From the NCBI GenBank assembly GCA_903926385.1, contig CAIYIS010000045.1:173569-237568 (forward strand): DNA of 64,000 nt. The letters run 5' to 3'. Under the pieces are notes generated by a model that was given only the letters and a program-made list of their open reading frames with translations, was not told where the DNA came from and ran no database searches. This DNA comes from an uncultured Bacteroidota bacterium (GTDB taxonomy: Bacteria; Bacteroidota; Bacteroidia; 2-12-FULL-35-15). The translations under genes were made by a program, and so were the position numbers. This document shows positions 1-9,613 of this stretch, piece after piece; the first letter of the stretch is position 1, and each line of letters opens with the position of its first letter.

Positions 1-329
1 TTACCGACATCAATACCGATGGAAAAATACTGTTCATTGAAGATCTGGATGAGTATCTTTATCATATAGACCGCATGATGCTTAACCTAAAACGCACCGG
101 AAAGTTAACCAACTTAAAAGGATTAGTAGTTGGGGGCATGAGCGATATGAAGGATAATACAATTCCATTTGGCAAATCTGCCGAGGAGATAATACTGGAT
201 GCGGTGAAAGAATTCAGTTATCCGGTTTGCTTTGGCTTTCCTGCAGGTCATATCGACAGAAATCTTGCTTTGTTTTTCGGAAGAAAGGTAAAGCTTGAAA
301 TAAAAGACAAGGCTTTGTTTTCCTATTAA
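1..329 (+). CDS. ldcA: LD-carboxypeptidase (peptidase S66), C-terminal part; 5' end lies before the window
   Basis: Frame is open from position 3: TDINTDGKILFIEDLDEYLYHIDRMM...FGFPAGH, containing the ILFIED and xGH motifs of S66. Confidence 0.85.
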   Translation, partial: TDINTDGKILFIEDLDEYLYHIDRMMLNLKRTGKLTNLKGLVVGGMSDMKDNTIPFGKSAEEIILDAVKEFSYPVCFGFPAGHIDRNLALFFGRKVKLEIKDKALFSY

Positions 330-332
330 TGT

Positions 333-378
333 AAAACAAAAAAGGCGACTTCAATTAAGAAGTCGCCTTTTTTGTTTT
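333..378. terminator. Bidirectional intrinsic terminator
   Basis: Perfect inverted repeat aaaacaaaaaaggcgacttc / gaagtcgccttttttgtttt between convergent genes. Confidence 0.9.
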
Positions 379-387
379 TATTCTACT

Positions 388-1389
388 TTATTTATTCTCT
401 TCTCTTATTAAACTAATCGATCCTTTTTGCTCGTAGTGCTTACCATCGTTTCCTTCACCTGTAACAATATAAAAGTAAATGCCCGGTTGAGCTTCTAATC
501 CTTTTCTGTCTTTTCCATCCCATTTCGCTCCAACTTTATTACATTCAAATAGTATATTCGCTTTTCGATCGAATATCTGTCCACTAATAGTTTTCATATT
601 TGCTCCGCTGAAAACGAAGAAATCATCTTTGCCATCACCGTTTGGTGATAATTCTCTTGGTACTACCGCCATTGAAGAATTTCCGGTAACAGTGATTTTG
701 GCACTGTCAGTGGCTGTCTTACCTGATTGATCAGTTGAAATAAGATAAACTGTATACACTCCCGGATTTTCAAAAACATGAACCGGATTGGCAACATTAT
801 CATCTTTTTTTCCGTCACTGTATTTCCATTTGTTTACCACACCCTTTCCTGTGTTTGATAAATTGACAATTAAAGGAACCGTTCCACCAGTTGGACTTGG
901 AAACACCAAGGCAATTGGTTCGCTCGAGTATTGGTTGATAATCGACTTCATTTTATTCTTATCCTTTGTAAAAGGTTCAATCACCACTTTGGTTTCCTGC
1001 ATTTTTTCACTCACCACATTAGGGGTTGACGTTTGCGGGATAGTGTTATCAACTTCAGTCGTTTTTTCCTTTTGGATTACATCAGGTTTAACAACAGGAG
1101 TTGGCTCTTTAGTAACCGGTTTTTCGGAAGTTGCGTTTGATGTTGTCGATTTGTGTAATGATTTTTCGCTCCAGTGCATTACTCCAACAGTGGCAATAAC
1201 TGTTGCCACAGAGGAAACAATAGCAATAACTGCGTTAGTGCCGATTTTGTTTAGTAACGCCTTCCCGATAAACCCAAGTCCTATCCCTCTTAAAGCAGTT
1301 TTGATATTAGACCAAACACTTGGGCTAACTTCTGCTTCAAAGTTTTCGAATGACTCCTTAAATAAATCTTCAATGCTTTTTTTACTCAT
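388..1389 (-). CDS. Anti-sigma-like membrane protein with PKD domain and T9SS type-B (gliding-motility/CHU_C) C-terminal domain
   Basis: N-terminal IEDLFKESFENFEAEVSPSVWSNIK, a hydrophobic segment, a low-complexity linker, PKD (WKYSDG...NPVHVFENPGVYTV) and a CTD (SPNGDGKDD...WDGK...GIYFYIV...KGSISLIR). It lies 9 bp downstream of the ECF sigma gene. Confidence 0.75.
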   Translation of the reverse strand: MSKKSIEDLFKESFENFEAEVSPSVWSNIKTALRGIGLGFIGKALLNKIGTNAVIAIVSSVATVIATVGVMHWSEKSLHKSTTSNATSEKPVTKEPTPVVKPDVIQKEKTTEVDNTIPQTSTPNVVSEKMQETKVVIEPFTKDKNKMKSIINQYSSEPIALVFPSPTGGTVPLIVNLSNTGKGVVNKWKYSDGKKDDNVANPVHVFENPGVYTVYLISTDQSGKTATDSAKITVTGNSSMAVVPRELSPNGDGKDDFFVFSGANMKTISGQIFDRKANILFECNKVGAKWDGKDRKGLEAQPGIYFYIVTGEGNDGKHYEQKGSISLIREENK

Positions 1390-1398
1390 AGACCTTTT

Positions 1399-1920
1399 TT
1401 ATAACGGTATAATTTTTTGTAAATATGTTTTTGCTCTTGAATACTGAGATTTTGATGTCCCCTCAGTAATACCAAGCATTTCTGCTATCTCTTTGTGCGA
1501 ATAACCTTCAATGGCATGTAAGTTAAACACGGTTTTAAATCCAACAGGCAAAGTTTGTATTATCTTTAATAGTTCTTTTGCCGCCATATTTTCCCCTAAA
1601 TGACTTTGGTCCTCAATTCCATATTCAACAGAATTTAAATCAACATTCATTTCAAGTTTTTTATTTTTTCGTATACTTGTTAAAGCCGTATTAACAATTA
1701 TTTTTCTAACCCAACCTTCTAACGAACCTGTGCCCCTATACGTGTCAATTTTGTCAAAAATGTAAAGAAATCCATTTTGTAAAACATCCTCTCCCTCTTC
1801 CTGATTGTCACAATAACGAAGGCAAACACCCATCATTTTTTTGGCAAATCGGTCGTATAACTCTTTCTGAGCTAGCTTGTTTTTCTTAATACATCCTTCT
1901 ACTATTTCGTCATCAGACAT
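1399..1920 (-). CDS. ECF RNA polymerase sigma-70 factor
   Basis: Region 2 (EDVLQNGF...GSLEGWVRKIIVNTAL) and region 4 (GYSHKEIAEMLGITEGTSKSQYSRAK). Confidence 0.95.
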   Translation of the reverse strand: MSDDEIVEGCIKKNKLAQKELYDRFAKKMMGVCLRYCDNQEEGEDVLQNGFLYIFDKIDTYRGTGSLEGWVRKIIVNTALTSIRKNKKLEMNVDLNSVEYGIEDQSHLGENMAAKELLKIIQTLPVGFKTVFNLHAIEGYSHKEIAEMLGITEGTSKSQYSRAKTYLQKIIPL

Positions 1921-1937
1921 GCATCATTCTTTTGTTA

Positions 1938-1964
1938 AGACGCAAAAGTGCGTCAAAAGGTTGC
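1938..1964 (-). promoter_or_regulatory. Putative ECF-type autoregulatory promoter
   Basis: Minus strand reads GCAACC-N16-CGTCT just upstream of the sigma ATG, matching the AAC / CGTC ECF pattern. It overlaps the inverted repeat gacgca-cttt-tgcgtc. Confidence 0.6.
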
Positions 1965-2035
1965 ACCAAGATACAAATTTTATTTATTTATTAACAAAAT
2001 TTTCTTATTCGGCAAAACAATAGCACTTTTGGGGA

Positions 2036-4384
2036 ATGACAAAAAAATACACCCCAAAGAAAAAAGGAGTTAAGAAAAGTTATCTTTTCGAAGAGATACT
2101 AAAAGTACTATCCAAGAACCCAAACAAGGCTTTAAATTATAAACAAATTGCTGCTGAAATGGGCATTAAGGACCATTCACAGCGTTTATTAATAACAAGT
2201 ATTTTATCTGAATTAAAATATGCTGAGTCGGTAACGGAACCTGAACGGGGTAAATTTAAGCTGAAATTAACGGAACAGATTGTTACCGGAAAGGTAGATA
2301 TGACCAGCACCGGTATAGCTTATATTGTTTCTGAGGAGAGAGAAGAGGACATTTTGGTGAATCCAAGGAAAACACTGAATGCGATGCATGGTGACGAAGT
2401 AAAGGTGCGACTATTCAGTAAACAAAGAGGAAAACAGGAAGGTGAGATTATAGAAATATTGCAACGTGCCAAAACAGAGTTCGTGGGGACGATTCAGCTT
2501 TCACAACGATTCGCGTTCTTGGTTCCCAGCAATAACAGAGTGCACGTGGATATATTCATTCCACTCGAAAAACTGAAAGGAGCCAAGGATGGTCAAAAAG
2601 CAATTGCCAAAATAACAGAATGGCCTAAAAATGCTGTTAATCCGATTGGAGAAATAATAAGTGTTTTGGGTGATTCAGGCGAAAACAATACTGAAATGCA
2701 TGCCATACTTGCCGAATATGGTTTGCCGTATGAATTTCCGAAAGATGTTGAACGAACAGCAGACTTGTTACCCATTAAAATTACAGTGGAAGAAATAGCA
2801 AAAAGAAGAGATTTCAGAGACATTACTACATTCACCATCGACCCAATGGATGCTAAAGATTTTGATGATGCATTATCCCTTCGCAAGCTAACAAATGGAA
2901 ACTGGGAGATTGGAGTTCACATTGCCGATGTGAGCCATTATGTAAAACCCGATTCTATAATAGATAAAGAAGCGGTTTCAAGGGCTACTTCGGTCTATCT
3001 GGTGGATAGGGTGGTACCAATGTTACCCGAAGTGCTCTCCAACAATGTTTGTTCGCTCAGACCAAATGAGGAGAAATTGTGTTTTTCTGCTGTGTTTGAA
3101 ATGACGGATGAGGCAGAAGTGATAAACGAATGGTTTGGGCGAACAATTATTAATTCAGACCGAAGGTTTACTTATGAGGAAGCTCAACTGATAATTGAGA
3201 CAGAAGAAGGCAATTTTAAAGAAGAAATACTGACGCTCGACCGTTTGGCTAAGATACTTCGTGCAAATAGATTTAAAAAAGGAAGTATAGCTTTCGAAAA
3301 AATGGAAGTTAAATTTCATTTGGATGAAGTTGGAAATCCTACTGGGGTGTTTTTTAAAGTTTCTAAAGATTCCAACCAATTAATTGAAGATTTTATGCTG
3401 CTGGCTAATCGTAAAGTGGCAGAATTTGTAGGAAAAAAGAAAGAGAAAAAAGATTCGGGAAATAGGAGTGTAGAATCTCAGAAACCTTTTGTGTATCGAA
3501 TTCATGATAAGCCCAATCCTGATAAACTGAATAGTTTTGCCGAATTTGTCGGAAAGTTTGGGTATAAGTTAAATGTAAAGAACGAAAGAGGGGTAGCCGA
3601 TTCAATGAACAATTTGTTAAGGGAAGTGAATCAGAAAAAAGAAGGAGGGATGATAGAACTTCTTGCTATTCGCACCATGGCAAAAGCCGTTTATACTACA
3701 AAAAATATCGGACACTATGGTCTTGGGTTTGATTATTACACGCACTTCACTTCCCCTATCCGCAGGTATCCTGATGTGATGGTGCATCGCTTACTGCAAC
3801 ATTATCTGGATGGAGGTGAAAACCCTGACATTGATAAATTAGAAGAGCAATGTAAACACTCTTCGGATATGGAAAAACTGGCAGCTGATGCTGAACGGTC
3901 ATCTATTAAATACAAACAAGTACAGTTTTTGCTGGATAAAATAGGGCAGGAGTTTGACGGAACAATATCTGGGGTTACCGAATGGGGGATTTTTGTTGAA
4001 ATAACAGAAAATCATTGCGAAGGCATGGTTCGCATTCGGGAACTACGTGACGACAATTATTATTTTGATGAAGATAATTACTGTTTGAGGGGAAGAAAAT
4101 ATGGTAAAGTATTGACGCTTGGTGATTCGGTGAGAATAGAAATAAAACGTGCTGATTTAGTCAAAAAACAACTCGATTTTGTGTTGGTTGAAATAATTGA
4201 AAAACTCAGAGAGAATAGCTCTAAAGAAGAGAAAATTGAAATAAAGCCAAATGTAAAAGATTATAAAAACCAGATGAAGTCGGCAACTGCAAAGAAAAAT
4301 ATGAAAGGGAATGAAACAATAAATAACAAGGAAAAGCCTTCTTCCGACAAATTGTTTAATGAAGAATGGGGTTTTGAAGTTTAG
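2036..4384 (+). CDS. rnr: Ribonuclease R
   Basis: TIDPMDAKDFDDA, VHIADVSHYV and HFTSPIRRYPD motifs plus a C-terminal S1 domain. Confidence 0.97.
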   Translation: MTKKYTPKKKGVKKSYLFEEILKVLSKNPNKALNYKQIAAEMGIKDHSQRLLITSILSELKYAESVTEPERGKFKLKLTEQIVTGKVDMTSTGIAYIVSEEREEDILVNPRKTLNAMHGDEVKVRLFSKQRGKQEGEIIEILQRAKTEFVGTIQLSQRFAFLVPSNNRVHVDIFIPLEKLKGAKDGQKAIAKITEWPKNAVNPIGEIISVLGDSGENNTEMHAILAEYGLPYEFPKDVERTADLLPIKITVEEIAKRRDFRDITTFTIDPMDAKDFDDALSLRKLTNGNWEIGVHIADVSHYVKPDSIIDKEAVSRATSVYLVDRVVPMLPEVLSNNVCSLRPNEEKLCFSAVFEMTDEAEVINEWFGRTIINSDRRFTYEEAQLIIETEEGNFKEEILTLDRLAKILRANRFKKGSIAFEKMEVKFHLDEVGNPTGVFFKVSKDSNQLIEDFMLLANRKVAEFVGKKKEKKDSGNRSVESQKPFVYRIHDKPNPDKLNSFAEFVGKFGYKLNVKNERGVADSMNNLLREVNQKKEGGMIELLAIRTMAKAVYTTKNIGHYGLGFDYYTHFTSPIRRYPDVMVHRLLQHYLDGGENPDIDKLEEQCKHSSDMEKLAADAERSSIKYKQVQFLLDKIGQEFDGTISGVTEWGIFVEITENHCEGMVRIRELRDDNYYFDEDNYCLRGRKYGKVLTLGDSVRIEIKRADLVKKQLDFVLVEIIEKLRENSSKEEKIEIKPNVKDYKNQMKSATAKKNMKGNETINNKEKPSSDKLFNEEWGFEV

Positions 4385-4568
4385 TTTATTATGATTGAAT
4401 CAAAGGGCTTTCATTCATTAACAAAACCAATTGAATTTATGAAAACAAACAAAAACTGATCGGCATTACCTAATGCCTTCTCTTATTCTATTAGGGCAGA
4501 ATTTTATCCCAAAAAATCTGAATGGTGAGTAAAGTTGAAAATTTAATTTGTAGTTTGATAATTTACTA

Positions 4569-4576
4569 TAAATTTG
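4569..4576 (+). promoter_or_regulatory. Bacteroidota sigma-A -7 box upstream of gcvH
   Basis: TAAATTTG matches TAnnTTTG, with TTTG at 4547-4550. Confidence 0.6.
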
Positions 4577-4607
4577 CGTCTCAAAAATATTTAAAAATTA
4601 TATTATT

Positions 4608-4988
4608 ATGAATTTTCCGGAAAATTTAAAGTACACAAAAGATCACGAATGGGTTCGTGTGGAAGGCAATAGTGCATTTATTGGTATAACTGATTTTGCT
4701 CAAAGCGAATTGGGAGATATCGTTTATGTGGATATTGCAACATTAGGTGATGATTTGGCTCATGAGCAGATATTCGGCACAGTGGAGGCAGTGAAAACAG
4801 TTTCGGACTTGTTTATGCCTGTTTCGGGAAAGGTGATGGAAGTGAACAAAGGTTTGGACACTAATCCTGATTCGGTAAACAAAGATCCATACGGAACAGG
4901 ATGGATGATAAAAGTGGAAATGAGTAATGCTGCAGAAGTGAACAGCTTGCTTAGTGCTGCTGACTACAAAACGTTGATTGGACATTAG
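4608..4988 (+). CDS. gcvH: Glycine cleavage system H protein
   Basis: [20 protein letters not shown], lipoyl site VEAVKTVSD, and DPYGTGW. Confidence 0.97.
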   Translation: MNFPENLKYTKDHEWVRVEGNSAFIGITDFAQSELGDIVYVDIATLGDDLAHEQIFGTVEAVKTVSDLFMPVSGKVMEVNKGLDTNPDSVNKDPYGTGWMIKVEMSNAAEVNSLLSAADYKTLIGH

Positions 4989-5006
4989 TCTGAAAAATAA
5001 TTTCTA

Positions 5007-5040
5007 CTCCTCGCCACAGACCATTGGTCTGTGTGAGGAG
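5007..5040. repeat. Orphan REP-like palindrome
   Basis: Perfect 9-bp arms cacagacca-t-tggtctgtg (5015-5033) inside ctcctc...gaggag, with no U-tail. Confidence 0.55.
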
Positions 5041-5136
5041 AAAGGAATGCAACACTTACCACCAAAGTGTTTGCAAAAATGTTGTTCGGTTATTGTCATT
5101 GGTTCTTAAAAGAAAAATTCCCAAGTTTTTTAATCA

Positions 5137-5595
5137 ATGAAAATAAACTGGCAACTAAAAAAATTCGAAGAGCTTAGTTCGATTGAACTCTACAAACTGT
5201 TGCACTTGCGTGCTGCGGTGTTTGTGGTGGAACAGAATTGCCCTTATCAGGATGCGGATGGAAAGGATTTAAAATCGTTTCATGTGCTGGGAACTGATGA
5301 GAATGGCGAACTGCAGGCGTATTCGCGAATAGTTCCTCCCGGAATTTCGTTTGATGAGGTGTCGATAGGCAGGGTGGTTACGGCAGCAGTGGCAAGAGGA
5401 AAGGGGGCAGGAAAAGAACTGATGAGGGAGTCGCTAAAAAGAGTAAATGAGCTGTATGGGACTGTTGATGTAAGAATAGGAGCTCAGTGTTATTTACTGA
5501 AATTTTATACTGAATTGGGTTTTGTGGCAGAAGGAGAGGAGTTTCTAGAAGATAATATTCCTCATATTGAAATGGTTTATTCAGGAAAGAAATAA
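5137..5595 (+). CDS. elaA: ElaA-family GNAT acetyltransferase
   Basis: LRAAVFVVEQNCPYQDADGKD, IGRVVT, IGAQCYLLKFY and FLEDNIPHIEM. Confidence 0.9.
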   Translation: MKINWQLKKFEELSSIELYKLLHLRAAVFVVEQNCPYQDADGKDLKSFHVLGTDENGELQAYSRIVPPGISFDEVSIGRVVTAAVARGKGAGKELMRESLKRVNELYGTVDVRIGAQCYLLKFYTELGFVAEGEEFLEDNIPHIEMVYSGKK

Positions 5596-5613
5596 AAATC
5601 AGTAATCAGTACT

Positions 5614-6909
5614 TTACATTATCATTCCGGCACCGACAGTGGTGTTTGAAGTTTCGTCAATTAATATTACACTTCCGGTAGTTCTGTTTTTTGCATAGCT
5701 GTCGAAAATGACGGGGTTGGTGGTACGAATGGAAATACAGGCAATATCATTGAGTTCGATTACCTTTTCGTCATTCATTTTCTCCAGGGTATTAATATTT
5801 ACTTTGAATTTTACCTCTTTAATGATACACCTTACATCGTTAGTGGTGTGTCGCAATAAGTACTTTCGGTTAGACTGAAGTTTCTTTTCGCTCATCCAGC
5901 AAATCATTATATCTAAATCGAGTTTTACCTGAGGAGGTTGCTCAGCTTTTACAATCATGTTTCCACGCGAAATGTCAATATCGTCATCGAGCGTGAAGGT
6001 AACACTCATGGGGGCGAAAGCCTCTTGAAGAGAAGCGGAGCCAAAATCAATGGATTTTATTTTGGTAGCATTTCCGTTTGGCAAAACAGTAACGTTATCT
6101 CCTTTTTTGAAGATACCTGCGGCTATTCGTCCGGCATAACTTCGGTAATCGTGAAACTCTGTGTTAATAGGTCGGATGACATACTGAACCGGGAAGCGGG
6201 CAATATCATTTTTTTCGGCTTCGGCAGGGTTTACAGTTTCGAGCAATTCGAGTAAGGTTTTACCTTTATACCATTTCATTTTTTTGGAAGGAGTAACCAC
6301 GTTGTCGCCTTGCAAAGCGCTGATGGGAATAAAATGAAAGTTGGAAATATTTAATTTTTGTGCTACTACTTCAAACTCTTTTCTGACTTTTTGAAAATCG
6401 TCTTCTTTATATTCTGCGAGATCCATTTTGTTTACACATATAATAATGTGTTCGATTCGTAATAAAGAAGCGATATATGTATGCCGTTTGGTTTGTTCAA
6501 TCACACCTTTTCTGACATCTATTAAAATTATGGCAGCATCGGCAGTAGAAGCACCGGTAACCATGTTGCGGGTGTATTGAATATGTCCGGGAGTATCGGC
6601 AATAATAAATTTTCGATTGGGAGTAGCAAAATAACGATAGGCAACATCAATGGTAATGCCTTGTTCGCGTTCGGCCCGAAGCCCGTCAGTAAATAACGCC
6701 AGATTAAGATATGCGTCCCCTCTTTTTTTGCTGGTAGCTTTCACAGCTTCGTACTGGTCTTCGAAAATAGATTTGGAATCGAACAGCAAACGACCGATGA
6801 GAGTGCTCTTGCCATCATCTACACTTCCGGCTGTGGTAAAGCGAAGCAAATCCATATCGAGATAGGAGTGCTGTTCTGCAGCCGGTGATTGTTGAGTAGT
6901 TTTTGCCAT
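5614..6909 (-). CDS. cysN: Sulfate adenylyltransferase subunit 1
   Basis: LLRFTTAGSVDDGKSTLIGRLL, EREQGITIDVAYRYF and ADTPGHIQYTRNMVTGAST. Confidence 0.97.
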   Translation of the reverse strand: MAKTTQQSPAAEQHSYLDMDLLRFTTAGSVDDGKSTLIGRLLFDSKSIFEDQYEAVKATSKKRGDAYLNLALFTDGLRAEREQGITIDVAYRYFATPNRKFIIADTPGHIQYTRNMVTGASTADAAIILIDVRKGVIEQTKRHTYIASLLRIEHIIICVNKMDLAEYKEDDFQKVRKEFEVVAQKLNISNFHFIPISALQGDNVVTPSKKMKWYKGKTLLELLETVNPAEAEKNDIARFPVQYVIRPINTEFHDYRSYAGRIAAGIFKKGDNVTVLPNGNATKIKSIDFGSASLQEAFAPMSVTFTLDDDIDISRGNMIVKAEQPPQVKLDLDIMICWMSEKKLQSNRKYLLRHTTNDVRCIIKEVKFKVNINTLEKMNDEKVIELNDIACISIRTTNPVIFDSYAKNRTTGSVILIDETSNTTVGAGMIM

Positions 6910-6925
6910 TTTAATTAATCATTCA

Positions 6926-7831
6926 TCAGAAGTATCCTTGTTTTTTTCTGTCTTCCATTGCGGCTTCGCTTCGTTTGTCGTCTATTCTGCTTCCTCTTTC
7001 GGTAACTCGGGAAGCCGCCACTTCGCGAACGATTTCTTCGAGAGAAGAAGCTTCGGAAAGTACAGCCCCTGTGCAACTGATATCGCCTATGGTGCGGAAG
7101 CGAACTCTCATTTTCTGTACCTTTTCGCTTGGCTTGAGTGGTATCACATTTTCATGCGCGTAAATTACTTCGTCACGAATAAAACACTCGCGTTCGTGAG
7201 TAAAATAAAGAGAAGGAATTTCGATTTGTTCTTTCAGAATGTATTGCCACACGTCCATCTCTGTCCAATTACTGATAGGGAATACTCTGAAATGTTCGCC
7301 TATATTTTTTCGTCCGTTGAATAAATTCCAAAGTTCGGGGCGTTGGTTTTTAGGGTCCCACTGACCAAATTCATCGCGGTGAGAAAAGAAACGTTCTTTA
7401 GCTCTCGATTTTTCTTCGTCTCTGCGAGCCCCGCCAATACAGGCATCTAACTTATAGTTTTCAATGGTGTCGAGCAAGGTTACTGTTTGTAAAACATTAC
7501 GACTTGCATTGTATCCTTTTTCCTCGGTTACTCTGCCGGTATCAATGCTGTCCTGAACAGAAGCAACAATAAGATGAGCACCGTATTTACTAACCAAATC
7601 ATCGCGATAGGTTATGGTTTCGTTAAAATTATGACCTGTATCAATATGTAATAAAGGGAATGGAATTTTAGCAGGAGCAAATGCTTTGCGAGCTAAATGA
7701 AAACAAACAATGCTGTCTTTTCCTCCAGAAAAAAGTAAAGCCGGTTTTTCGAATTGCGCAGCTACTTCTCGCAATACGAAAATACTTTCGCTTTCTAATT
7801 CGTTTAAATGAGTAAGATGGTGTGAATTCAT
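6926..7831 (-). CDS. cysD: Sulfate adenylyltransferase subunit 2
   Basis: LFSGGKDS, GGARRDEEKSRAKER and WDPKNQRPELW. Start moved to ATG 7831 because a TATCTTTG box lies at 7865-7872 on the minus strand. Confidence 0.96.
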   Translation of the reverse strand: MNSHHLTHLNELESESIFVLREVAAQFEKPALLFSGGKDSIVCFHLARKAFAPAKIPFPLLHIDTGHNFNETITYRDDLVSKYGAHLIVASVQDSIDTGRVTEEKGYNASRNVLQTVTLLDTIENYKLDACIGGARRDEEKSRAKERFFSHRDEFGQWDPKNQRPELWNLFNGRKNIGEHFRVFPISNWTEMDVWQYILKEQIEIPSLYFTHERECFIRDEVIYAHENVIPLKPSEKVQKMRVRFRTIGDISCTGAVLSEASSLEEIVREVAASRVTERGSRIDDKRSEAAMEDRKKQGYF

Positions 7832-7873
7832 TTTTATAGTTTCCTGCCTGCCGCAAAGAAGGTGCAAAGATAT

Positions 7874-8431
7874 TTAATTATGTTTGCTGATGTAGTCAAT
7901 TATTTTTTTTACTCCTTCCTCTAGTGTAACCTCGTTGGTTTTTATTTCCAAATGAGGGTTAAGAGGAATCTCGTATGGTGAGCCTATTCCTGTAAAATCT
8001 TTTATCTCGCCTCGTCTGGCTTTGGCATACAATCCTTTTACATCACGTTTTTCGCAAGTTTCTAACGAAGCATTAATGTAAACCTCGATAAAATCTTTTT
8101 CTCCGATAATTTTTTTTGCGATGTTTCTTATTTCATTTGTTGGGCTAACAAAACAACATATAGTGATGATTCCGCAATTGACAAATAGTTTTGCTGTCTC
8201 TGCAATTCGTCTGATATTTTCCTTGCGGTCATCATCGCTAAACCCAAGATTGTTGTTCAACCCTTCGCGGATAATATCACCATCTAATAATTGTGTAAGA
8301 ACTCCGTCATTATGCAAATGGTTTTCTAGAGCAACTCCTATAGTGGTTTTACCAGCACCGCTCAATCCGGTCATCCATATTACTAACCCTTTCTGACCAA
8401 GTAATTTTTCTTTTTCAATTCGATTCAACAT
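7874..8431 (-). CDS. cysC: Adenylyl-sulfate kinase
   Basis: WMTGLSGAGKTT, LLDGDIIR and RDVKGLYAKARRGEIKDFTGI. Confidence 0.96.
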   Translation of the reverse strand: MLNRIEKEKLLGQKGLVIWMTGLSGAGKTTIGVALENHLHNDGVLTQLLDGDIIREGLNNNLGFSDDDRKENIRRIAETAKLFVNCGIITICCFVSPTNEIRNIAKKIIGEKDFIEVYINASLETCEKRDVKGLYAKARRGEIKDFTGIGSPYEIPLNPHLEIKTNEVTLEEGVKKIIDYISKHN

Positions 8432-8517
8432 TTCCTGATTTGCAAAAAAAGACTTTTATTATTGTTTCAAATATAAAACAAAATATAGTACAACAAGTCC
8501 AAAAAGATATTTTTGAA

Positions 8518-8525
8518 TATCTTTG
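8518..8525 (+). promoter_or_regulatory. Sigma-A -7 box upstream of deoC
   Basis: TATCTTTG, 22 bp before the ATG. Confidence 0.6.
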
Positions 8526-8547
8526 CTCAAATCCTTAAACAGAAATA

Positions 8548-9459
8548 ATGAGTAAAACAATTTCTTTGCCCGATTTCAGAAACACCCCATCCATCGATCA
8601 GGTGGGAGTGGAAGAGCGGGCAGCACGATTTACCACCCGAAGTATAAAAAAAGCATCAAAGATGCAGGCCCTTAAAATGGCACTGAATATGATTGATTTG
8701 ACTACACTGGAAGGAAAAGATACAGAGGGGAAAGTAAAACAAATGTGTTACAAGGCTAATCACCTGCACGATGTCATTCCAGGATTGCCGACAGTGGCAG
8801 CAGTGTGTGTGTATCCATCAATGGTGAAAATAGCTAAAGATGCGTTGAAGGGCTCATCTGTAAAAGTAGCCTCCGTTTCCACAGCGTTCCCAAGTGGACA
8901 ATCATCTTACGAAGTTAAAATAGCCGATACCAAATTTGCTGTTGACAGCGGAGCAGATGAAATAGATATGGTGATTTCGAGAGGAGAATTTCTGAGTGGA
9001 AATTACTCGTTTGTGTTTGATGAAATAGCTTCTATTAAAGAAGCCTGCGGAAAAGCCCGATTAAAAGTTATTTTTGAAACAGGGGAACTTTCAACATTGG
9101 ATAATGTGAGGCGAGCAAGCGAAATAGCAATGTATGCAGGAGCGGATTTTATAAAAACTTCTACAGGGAAAATATCACCTGCAGCAACTATGCCGGTATC
9201 ACTGGTAATGCTAGAGGCCATCAGAGATTATTATTATAAAACAGGACGTATGGTAGGAATGAAACCTGCAGGTGGAATTTCTACATCCAAGTCGGCAATT
9301 CATTATTTAGTAATGGTGCGCGAAACTTTGGGAGGGGCCTGGTTGAGCAATGAATGGTTTAGATTTGGAGCAAGCAGTTTGGCGAACGATGTGCTGATGC
9401 AGATTGCCAAAGAAACCACCGGAGTGTATCAGAGTATTGATTATTTTTCGAAAGATTGA
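8548..9459 (+). CDS. deoC: Deoxyribose-phosphate aldolase
   Basis: IDLTTLEG, GADEIDMVI, LKVIFETGEL, GADFIKTSTGK, KPAGGI and RFGASSL. Confidence 0.96.
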   Translation: MSKTISLPDFRNTPSIDQVGVEERAARFTTRSIKKASKMQALKMALNMIDLTTLEGKDTEGKVKQMCYKANHLHDVIPGLPTVAAVCVYPSMVKIAKDALKGSSVKVASVSTAFPSGQSSYEVKIADTKFAVDSGADEIDMVISRGEFLSGNYSFVFDEIASIKEACGKARLKVIFETGELSTLDNVRRASEIAMYAGADFIKTSTGKISPAATMPVSLVMLEAIRDYYYKTGRMVGMKPAGGISTSKSAIHYLVMVRETLGGAWLSNEWFRFGASSLANDVLMQIAKETTGVYQSIDYFSKD

Positions 9460-9489
9460 TATAGTGAATAGGAACAAACGTCACGTAGC

Positions 9490-9522
9490 ACCCCTGTCAG
9501 GGTTTTAAACCCTGACAGGGGT
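9490..9522. repeat. REP palindrome copy 1
   Basis: acccctgtcagggttt-t-aaaccctgacaggggt, with perfect 16-bp arms. Confidence 0.9.
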
Positions 9523-9572
9523 AATGAGTAAAAAAATGAAAAAATAATAGTAAAATCAACTTAATAAATAAT

Positions 9573-9604
9573 ACCCCTGTCAGGGTTCTAAACCCTGACA
9601 GGGT
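9573..9604. repeat. REP palindrome copy 2
   Basis: acccctgtcagggttctaaaccctgacagggt, ending 9 bp before the RAYT start codon. Confidence 0.9.
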
Positions 9605-9613
9605 AAAAATGAA

